A stretch of DNA of 57,314 bases from Thermodesulfobacteriota bacterium (GTDB lineage: Bacteria > Desulfobacterota > GWC2-55-46 > DRQE01), in the NCBI GenBank assembly GCA_035655515.1, contig DASRUI010000016.1:1-57314 (forward strand). The letters run 5' to 3'. Below, piece after piece: positions 27,429 through 34,177 of the stretch. Every line of letters begins with the position of its first letter. Within the stretch, counting starts at the first letter, position 1. The notes under the pieces are model-generated. The model made no database searches, had not been told where the DNA came from, and saw nothing but the letters and a program-made list of their open reading frames with translations. The position numbers were made by a program, and so were the translations under genes.

Positions 27429-29273
27429 TTAAGAAAGGAGAAAGAAGAGATTCAGGAGCACAAGAAGCCCTACGAAGACGGATACCGCGTAATCGTGCAC
27501 GAGCCCCGTCTGTATGCGGCGCAAAACCACCGACAACCCTGTCATGAGTTCAGCGGCGGCGTTCACGAGCCCGTCAACGACCTCGACGTCGAACTTGAAC
27601 GACATGCCGCAGAGCCGGTCGCTGAGTCTCAAAGCGAGAGTCTTGGCGGCGCTTACGAACCCGTCAACAATCTCTACGTCGAACTTGAACGACATGCCTG
27701 AGAGCCAATTGCCGAACTTCAAGACAAGGGTCTTGTAAGAGTTGCCGACCGCGTTGTCAACCGGCGCAATGACGTTTGTGTCCCACCACATGAAAATTAG
27801 CGCGCCCTTTCTGTAAAACCAGTCCGTGTCGAGGCTTACCACCGGCTTGGTGCCGAGTTTCTTTATGTACAGATAGAAACCGAGCCACGTAAAGAGCAGT
27901 ATCTCGAATGTCCACACGAGATGTTCCGCCGTGTAAGAGGCGTAATGAATCGGATAGGGGAGCATATCGTATAAAAACTTCGGATACAGCCCGATGAATA
28001 CGCACATAAAAGCGGCCATAGCCATGCCAATCAGCATATTCAACGGCGGGTCCTCGGTCTTGATTTTCTTGTCCTCGGCCATGAAGGCGAGATAAGGGAG
28101 TTTCAGGCCTACGGAAAGGAAAGTTCCTGAGGAAGCGAGCGTCAGAAACAACCACGCATAACTAAGATGCTCTTCGGCCGCCGCGCTCACGATTACGGAT
28201 TTGCTCACGAAGCCGCTGAAAAACGGCACGCTCGATATGGCAAATGCCCCGACCATGTAAAGGATAAACGTATAAGGCATGGTCTTGTATAGCCCGCCAA
28301 GTTCGGAGAGTTTTCTCTTTCCCGTCATATAGATGATGCTTCCCGCGCCCATAAAGAGAAGCCCCTTATAGAGTATATGGGCAAAGGCGTGGGCAACGGC
28401 CCCGTTTATCGCCATCTGAGTGCCGATGCCGACCGCAGCCACCATGTAGCCGACCTGGCTTATGATGTGATAGGAAAGCAGCCTTCTTATGTCGTTTTCC
28501 AGAACCGCATAAACAACGCCGTAAACCGCCATGATGACGCCGAGCACTATAAGAATGTCCGTCCCGGCGAAACCCCTCGCAAGGGCATATACCGCGCTCT
28601 TTGTCGTGAACGCCGACATGAAGACGGCGCCGCTTATCGTCGCCTCGGGATAGGCGTCCGGAAGCCATGCCCCGAGCGGAGGCACGGCGGCGTTAATGAT
28701 GAAAGCAATGAGTATGAGCGCGGCGCCGGGCCCCGCAAGTTCCATGGGGTTGAAGGCGAAGCTCTGAGTCTGCGCGTAATACATTACAGCCCCTCCTATG
28801 AGGCATACCCCGCCGAAGATATGCACCAATATATATCTGAACGCCGCCCCGTAAGCCGCGTCAGTCCTCCGGTAAAGTATCAGGAATACCGAAGAAAACG
28901 CCATGAACTCCCAGAATAAGACGAGCGTAAGAAAATCCCCTGCGAGCGCGACCCCGATGGCGCTCCCGGCGTAAACAAAACCGGCTATATGATGGCCGTC
29001 TTCTTTGAGATTCAGCCCGTAGCACATCGAAATAAAAGCCGTAAGCGAAAATATGTATGAAAACACGAGCGAGAGTTTGTCGACCCTGCCGAATATCAGT
29101 TCCTGCCCCATGATGTGATACGCCCCGTAGACACCCTCGCTCATGTTCAGAACGCTTAAAAACGCGAGCGCGGGCAATAAAAGCAGATACGCCTGCTTTA
29201 CCCTGCCTTTAAAAAACGGGATCAAAATGGAGCCTGCTATCAATACCGCCCCCGGGTGAACCCAATCAATCAT
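27429..29273 (-). CDS. Antiporter-like complex I/Mrp-family subunit bearing a NuoL/MrpA-type C-terminal lateral-helix arm (likely annotated NuoL or Na+/H+ antiporter subunit D)
   Basis: 614 aa. PF00361-type core (WEFMAFSSVFLI, GAWLPDAYPEATISGAVFMSAFTTKSAVYALAR). The ~135-aa C-terminal extension ends FDVEVVDGLVNAAAELMTGLSVVLRRIQTGLVHDYAVSVFVGLLVLL. The (I/V)DGxVN...QTG...Y + terminal TM pattern is the helix-HL/TM16 signature of NuoL. The start overlaps the upstream small ORF by 8 nt. Confidence 0.8.
   Translation of the reverse strand: MIDWVHPGAVLIAGSILIPFFKGRVKQAYLLLLPALAFLSVLNMSEGVYGAYHIMGQELIFGRVDKLSLVFSYIFSLTAFISMCYGLNLKEDGHHIAGFVYAGSAIGVALAGDFLTLVLFWEFMAFSSVFLILYRRTDAAYGAAFRYILVHIFGGVCLIGGAVMYYAQTQSFAFNPMELAGPGAALILIAFIINAAVPPLGAWLPDAYPEATISGAVFMSAFTTKSAVYALARGFAGTDILIVLGVIMAVYGVVYAVLENDIRRLLSYHIISQVGYMVAAVGIGTQMAINGAVAHAFAHILYKGLLFMGAGSIIYMTGKRKLSELGGLYKTMPYTFILYMVGAFAISSVPFFSGFVSKSVIVSAAAEEHLSYAWLFLTLASSGTFLSVGLKLPYLAFMAEDKKIKTEDPPLNMLIGMAMAAFMCVFIGLYPKFLYDMLPYPIHYASYTAEHLVWTFEILLFTWLGFYLYIKKLGTKPVVSLDTDWFYRKGALIFMWWDTNVIAPVDNAVGNSYKTLVLKFGNWLSGMSFKFDVEIVDGFVSAAKTLALRLSDRLCGMSFKFDVEVVDGLVNAAAELMTGLSVVLRRIQTGLVHDYAVSVFVGLLVLLNLFFLLS
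27555..27706. repeat. In-frame tandem direct repeat, period exactly 90 bp, inside the arm-coding region
   Basis: 27555-27616 (ggcggcgttcacgagcccgtcaacgacctcgacgtcgaacttgaacgacatgccgcagagcc) versus 27645-27706 (ggcggcgcttacgaacccgtcaacaatctctacgtcgaacttgaacgacatgcctgagagcc), with about 7 mismatches in 62. It encodes GMSFKFDVE(I/V)VDG(F/L)V(S/N)AA twice. Confidence 0.9.
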
Positions 29274-29508
29274 AATAGTCCTCGCTTTTCTGCAACCATA
29301 TTTTCCCTATAAATTTTGACACCACTATAATTGCAACGCACGAAATAAAGCCGTATGCGGCGCTGAAGCCCGGGATTTCGTCCCACGGGAATATCGCGTG
29401 ATGCTTCGGTATTATGAAATCACCGATTACCAAAAGCCCCATGGCAACGTAGACAACGGTCTTGAAAACCTTCTTGCCATGACCTTCGAGTATCTTTTCG
29501 AGTATCAT
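29266..29508 (-). CDS. 80-aa two-TM membrane protein, translationally coupled on both sides
   Basis: ATG 29508 overlaps the upstream stop (ATGA), and its 3' end overlaps the next start by 8 nt. Translation: MILEKILEGHGKKVFKTVVYVAMGLLVIGDFIIPKHHAIFPWDEIPGFSAAYGFISCVAIIVVSKFIGKIWLQKSEDYYD. No family recognised. Confidence 0.6.
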   Translation of the reverse strand: MILEKILEGHGKKVFKTVVYVAMGLLVIGDFIIPKHHAIFPWDEIPGFSAAYGFISCVAIIVVSKFIGKIWLQKSEDYYD

Positions 29509-30974
29509 TTTATCCTCTCTATGATGGACAGGAAAAAGTCGGGCCATACGCCTACTATGACCGTTATTACGGCGGTTATCATTATCGGCGCTATCACGAA
29601 AGGAGGCGCCTCCTTGACGTTACGCACGTGACTGTCTTCCGACGGTTCTTTGAAATACGCCCTGAAGATAATGGGGAGAAAGTAGGCCGCGTTAAGAACC
29701 GTGCTCGTAAGAAGCACCACAAGCGCCGTTCCGTTTCCGGCCTCGAGCGCGCCCTTCACGAGATACCACTTGCTCGTGAACCCGGCGACCGCCGGAACGC
29801 CTATCATGGAAAGAGCGCCTATGGTAAAGGCCGCCATGGTGTAAGGCATCTTTTTCGCTATGCCGTCCATCTGGCTTATCTTCTTTATGTGGGAGGCGAC
29901 GAATATGCTTCCGGCGCAGAAAAAGAGCGTTACCTTGGAAAACGCGTGATTCCCTATGTGAAGTATGCCTCCCAGAACGCCGCTCGGAGTAAGGAGCGCC
30001 ACTCCTAATATCACGTAAGAGAGCTGGCTTATGGTCGAGTAGGCGAGCCTCGCCTTAAGGTCGTCTTTCGTGAGGGCTATGACCGAGGCGGTTATTACCG
30101 TAAAAGACGCGAAGAGCGCGGTCGGAAGTCCGAGCCCGAAGTAACTCATGACGTCCAGCCCGAACACGAAGAGCATTATCCTCACCACCGAAAACACCCC
30201 TACCTTAACGACAGCGACCGCGTGCAAGAGAGCGCTGACGGGCGTGGGCGCGACCATGGCGGAAGGAAGCCAATTATGGAACGGCATCATGCCGGCCTTG
30301 GCTAAACCTATGAGGAAGAATATGTAGGTAAGGGTGACCAGTAGCCTCGGCATCTCGGTCGTGAATATGCCGCCCGGCTGAAAATCGAGGGTCCCGGTTA
30401 TCATGTAGGTCATGATTATCGCGGCAAGCAAAAACACCTTCGCGAGACCTACGAGATAGACGACGTACTTTTTGCCGCCCTCCCACGCGTCCTTGTCCTC
30501 GTGGTGCGCGACGAGCGGATAGGTCATTACGCTCAACAACTCGTAAAAGAGATACAGGGTAAAGAGATTCGCGGCGAACGCGACGCCTATGGCCGAAGAA
30601 AGGGCTATGGCGAAACAGGAAAAAAACCTCGTCTGGGAGTGCTCGTTAAGGGACCTCATGTAGCCTATGGAATAGGCCGTGGCTATAATCCAGAGGAAAG
30701 AGGCGCTCAAAGCGAAGAATATGCCCAAGGGGTCCACCCTGAACTTCAACTCTATCCCGGGTAAAACGGTAAATACCGTGTACTCGACGACCGCGCCGGA
30801 AAGTATCAACGGGAGCATGGATACTATCAACGCGAATTTTACCAAGGCCGCGGCAAAACTCCAGCCCTCTCTCAGGTTCGGGTATTTTCCGGACGCCACA
30901 ATCAAGGCGACCGATATGCCCGACACTAAAACGGCTAAAAGAGGCTTTATCGAAACTATGGTTTGAAATTCCAT
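29505..30974 (-). CDS. Antiporter-like subunit with a NuoL/MrpA-type core but no lateral-helix arm (likely annotated Na+/H+ antiporter subunit D / NADH dehydrogenase subunit)
   Basis: 489 aa. VDPLGIFFAL...YSIGYMRS...RFFSCFAIAL...LFYELLSVMTYPLV resembles the NuoL N-terminal region. HNWLPSAMVAPTPVSALLHAVAVVKVGVF resembles the NuoL/MrpA PTPVSAL(I/L)HA motif. The protein ends right after the 14-TM core. Confidence 0.75.
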   Translation of the reverse strand: MEFQTIVSIKPLLAVLVSGISVALIVASGKYPNLREGWSFAAALVKFALIVSMLPLILSGAVVEYTVFTVLPGIELKFRVDPLGIFFALSASFLWIIATAYSIGYMRSLNEHSQTRFFSCFAIALSSAIGVAFAANLFTLYLFYELLSVMTYPLVAHHEDKDAWEGGKKYVVYLVGLAKVFLLAAIIMTYMITGTLDFQPGGIFTTEMPRLLVTLTYIFFLIGLAKAGMMPFHNWLPSAMVAPTPVSALLHAVAVVKVGVFSVVRIMLFVFGLDVMSYFGLGLPTALFASFTVITASVIALTKDDLKARLAYSTISQLSYVILGVALLTPSGVLGGILHIGNHAFSKVTLFFCAGSIFVASHIKKISQMDGIAKKMPYTMAAFTIGALSMIGVPAVAGFTSKWYLVKGALEAGNGTALVVLLTSTVLNAAYFLPIIFRAYFKEPSEDSHVRNVKEAPPFVIAPIMITAVITVIVGVWPDFFLSIIERIK

Positions 30975-31040
30975 GCGCCCACCCTTATTCCGAGATTACC
31001 TCAAAGACCCGCTCAATGACAGTCATTGCGCGGAGATTTT

Positions 31041-31104
31041 GTAACTCAGCCCTCCGCCTGAGGCGGAAGGGCTGACGTGTATCAGGGCTAAAGCCCTGAG
31101 TTAC
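31041..31104. repeat. Nested-hairpin element, variant outer stem GTAACTCAG/CTGAGTTAC (copy 3)
   Basis: gtaactcagccctccgcctgaggcggaagggctgacgtgtatcagggctaaagccctgagttac, in the gap after nuoN. Confidence 0.65.
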
Positions 31105-31119
31105 GTAAACAAGAATACC

Positions 31120-32592
31120 TTAAAGTCCGAACGCCTTGCTTGAGGCCATACGGACGAATTCTATGACGTGGTTCGGATACACTCCCAAAGCCAATACCAT
31201 AACCATCGAGACAGCCAGGGCGTAAGACACTCCCTTGCTCGGGGCCGTCTCGTGAACGAAGGCCGGCTCTTTCATGTACATGAGCATGATTACCCTTATG
31301 TAAAAATACGCCGCTATCGCGCTCATGACCACCGCTGCCACGGCGAGACCTATCATGCCTTTATGGATTAGGGCCATGAAGACGTAGAACTTGCCCATGA
31401 ACCCGGCGGTAGGCGGAATGCCGGCCAGGGAAAACATGAATATCATCATGAGGAACGCCAGAAGCGGATGGGTCTTCGAGAGCCCCGCGTAATCCTCGAT
31501 TGTTTCCCCCTGCCTGCCTTCTTTTCTCAGGATAATCACTATCGCGAACGCGCCGAGGGTCATGAACACGTAAACGAGGGAATAGAACATGACGCTTCCG
31601 GCGCCCTCGCCGGTTCCCGCAAGCACGCCCAAAAGCGCGTAGCCGGCGTGGCCTATGCTCGAATAGGCGAGCATCCTTTTAATGTTCGACTGCGCTATCG
31701 CGGTTATGTTTCCGTAGAACATGCTCGCGACGCTCACGACCGCGATAAGCACGAACCACTTATCGTAGGCCGGGCCGAGCCCTTCCATGAAAACCCTTAT
31801 CATGGCGGAAAACGCGGCGGCCTTGCTCGCGACCGATATGAAACCCGTAATCGGCGTCGGCGCTCCCTCGTATGCGTCCGGCGCCCACATGTGAAACGGC
31901 ACTCCGGCCACCTTGAAGGCGAAACCGCACGCCAGCAAAACCAGCGCTATGCTGAGCGAGGGGTTCTTTAAAACCTCGGGCGTAAGGGCGGAGGCGACGG
32001 CGTGGAGTTCGGTGGTTCCCGTAAGCCCGTAGATGAAGGAAATCCCGTAAAGCAGTATCCCCGAAGAGAACGCGCCGAGTATCACGTATTTCATCGCGCC
32101 CTCGCTCGAGCGCGAATCGTTATGAGCGAAGCCGGCGAGAACGTAAACCGGTATGCTCATGAGCTCCAGACCTATGTATATGGAAAGGAGATCCGCCCCC
32201 GACGCCATGACCATCATGCCGCTTAACGAAAAAAGCATGAGGACGTAGTATTCGCCGGAGTTCGCGTCGTCGTCTTTCATGTACCGGAAAGAAATAAGTA
32301 TCGTAAGGACGGCCGCGAAGTAAAAAACGAACTTAAAGAACGTCGAGTAGTCGTCCGCGACGAACATCCCTGAAAAGAACGTGCCGCCGGAAATATCGGA
32401 CGCGAAAATGCAGGCCGAGCCGACGGCCGCGGCGACTACCAGCAAAAACGCGAGAGTAGCCGTAACAATCCGCCTCTTTTCGCCCAAGAGGAGGTCGAGC
32501 AAAAGAAGCACGCTCGCCCCTCCCGCCACCGCAATCTCCGGGCTTATCGCGAGTACGTCTTTTATGCCTATTACGCCGACGCCTGTCATCAT
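31120..32592 (-). CDS. nuoN: NADH-quinone oxidoreductase subunit N
   Basis: 490 aa. LLSIYIGLELMSIPVYVLAGF, PFHMWAPDAYEGAPTPITGFISVASKAAAF and MLAYSSIGHAGY motifs, in the position after nuoM. Confidence 0.9.
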   Translation of the reverse strand: MMTGVGVIGIKDVLAISPEIAVAGGASVLLLLDLLLGEKRRIVTATLAFLLVVAAAVGSACIFASDISGGTFFSGMFVADDYSTFFKFVFYFAAVLTILISFRYMKDDDANSGEYYVLMLFSLSGMMVMASGADLLSIYIGLELMSIPVYVLAGFAHNDSRSSEGAMKYVILGAFSSGILLYGISFIYGLTGTTELHAVASALTPEVLKNPSLSIALVLLACGFAFKVAGVPFHMWAPDAYEGAPTPITGFISVASKAAAFSAMIRVFMEGLGPAYDKWFVLIAVVSVASMFYGNITAIAQSNIKRMLAYSSIGHAGYALLGVLAGTGEGAGSVMFYSLVYVFMTLGAFAIVIILRKEGRQGETIEDYAGLSKTHPLLAFLMMIFMFSLAGIPPTAGFMGKFYVFMALIHKGMIGLAVAAVVMSAIAAYFYIRVIMLMYMKEPAFVHETAPSKGVSYALAVSMVMVLALGVYPNHVIEFVRMASSKAFGL

Positions 32593-32598
32593 GTCTCC

Positions 32599-34137
32599 TT
32601 AAAAACCCGCCACGGGCGCGCCCGTTACCTGCGCCAGCAAGTTGGCGACCGATACGTGCATCACGTTGAGAAAACTCATGGGCCTAAAACCAACCCAGAA
32701 TACGAACACCAGAAACGCGACGAGAGCCGCGGCCTCCCTCAGGTTTATGTCGCGGACATCGCCGTGGCCGTGCGTCTCCCCATGGCCGGATTCATCGCCA
32801 TGCTCCGCGTGCGATTGCCCGAAACTTACCCTCTGATACATGGAAAGCATGTAAGCCGCGCCGAGCGCTATGCCCGCGAAAAGGAAGAACAAATAAAACT
32901 TATAGCTCGCGTACGCACCCGCGAGTATCAGAAATTCTCCGATAAATCCGTTAGTGCCCGGAAATCCCAGAGACGCCAGAGAGAATATCAACAAAAACAC
33001 CGCGTAAATCGGGATGCGCCTTGCCGCCCATCCGTAGTCTTTGAGGTTTCTCGTGTGCGTCCTCTCGTATATCAACCCGACGCAGAGGAACAGCGCCCCT
33101 GTCGTTATGCCGTGGTTGAACATCTGAAGCATGCCGCCCTCGACCCCGTTCTTGTTAAGAAGAAATAACCCCATGGTGATGAAGCCCATGTGGCTTATGC
33201 TCGAATAGGCGATGAGTTTTTTCATGTCCTCCTGCGAAAGAGCGAGGAACGCCCCGTATATTATGGCTATTATGGAAAGGATTGCAACGGGGGTTGTGAA
33301 ATAAATGCTCGCGTCGGGGAACATGGGGAACAAAAACCTCAGGAATCCGTACGCGCCCATCTTCAGAAGCACTCCGGCGAGCATGATGCTTCCGGCGGTC
33401 GGAGCCTCGACGTGCGCGTCGGGCAGCCAAGTGTGGAACGGAAACATGGGAACCTTTATGGCGAAGGCGATGAAGAGCAAAATAAACACGAACGCCTGAA
33501 AGCCGAAGGCGTATTGCTTTGTCATGAGAAGCGGTATGTCGAACGTCCCTCCGGAGGTGAAATAAAGGGCTACGATGCCGACAAGCATGAATTTGCCTCC
33601 GACCCATGTGTAAAGGAAGAACTTGATCGCCGCGTATATCCTCCTCGGGCCGCCCCAAATCCCGATTATGAGACACATCGGTATGAGCATGGCCTCCCAG
33701 AATATGTAGAAGAGGAAGAAGTCGAGCGAGGCAAAAACCCCCATCATGGCCGCCTGCATCAAGAGGAGCATTATCATGAACTGTCTTACGCGCTTCTCTA
33801 TCGACGTCCACGAGGCCAAAACGCATATCCACCCGATGAGGCCGGTAAGGAACATGAATATCACGCTTATACCGTCCACTCCGAGGTAGTACTCGATATT
33901 AAGGCTCGGTATCCACTCGCCTCTTTCAACGAACTGCATTGCGGCGGTTCCCCTGTCGAAGCGCAAGAGAAGAGGTATGGTAAGGATAAAGTCCGCCACC
34001 ATAGCAACGAGCGTTATCCAGCGCGAGGCCGAAGCATTTTTCACGAAAAGAAGCGCGACCACGGCAAGAAGCGGCAGGAATATTATGACGCTCAAGATAT
34101 GGTCTTGAATCATAGGCAGATCGAGAAGAAACTCCAT
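32599..34137 (-). CDS. nuoM: NADH-quinone oxidoreductase subunit M, downstream tandem copy (His-rich loop variant)
   Basis: 512 aa. FYIFWEAMLIPM, PFHTWLPDAHVEAPTAGSIMLAGVLLKMGAYGFLRF and LIAYSSISHMGF motifs. About 9 in 10 residues are identical to the upstream copy by eye. Confidence 0.92.
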   Translation of the reverse strand: MEFLLDLPMIQDHILSVIIFLPLLAVVALLFVKNASASRWITLVAMVADFILTIPLLLRFDRGTAAMQFVERGEWIPSLNIEYYLGVDGISVIFMFLTGLIGWICVLASWTSIEKRVRQFMIMLLLMQAAMMGVFASLDFFLFYIFWEAMLIPMCLIIGIWGGPRRIYAAIKFFLYTWVGGKFMLVGIVALYFTSGGTFDIPLLMTKQYAFGFQAFVFILLFIAFAIKVPMFPFHTWLPDAHVEAPTAGSIMLAGVLLKMGAYGFLRFLFPMFPDASIYFTTPVAILSIIAIIYGAFLALSQEDMKKLIAYSSISHMGFITMGLFLLNKNGVEGGMLQMFNHGITTGALFLCVGLIYERTHTRNLKDYGWAARRIPIYAVFLLIFSLASLGFPGTNGFIGEFLILAGAYASYKFYLFFLFAGIALGAAYMLSMYQRVSFGQSHAEHGDESGHGETHGHGDVRDINLREAAALVAFLVFVFWVGFRPMSFLNVMHVSVANLLAQVTGAPVAGF

Positions 34138-34177
34138 GCCTTAAATCCCCCTGACCTCTTTGTGAAAGATAGTAACC

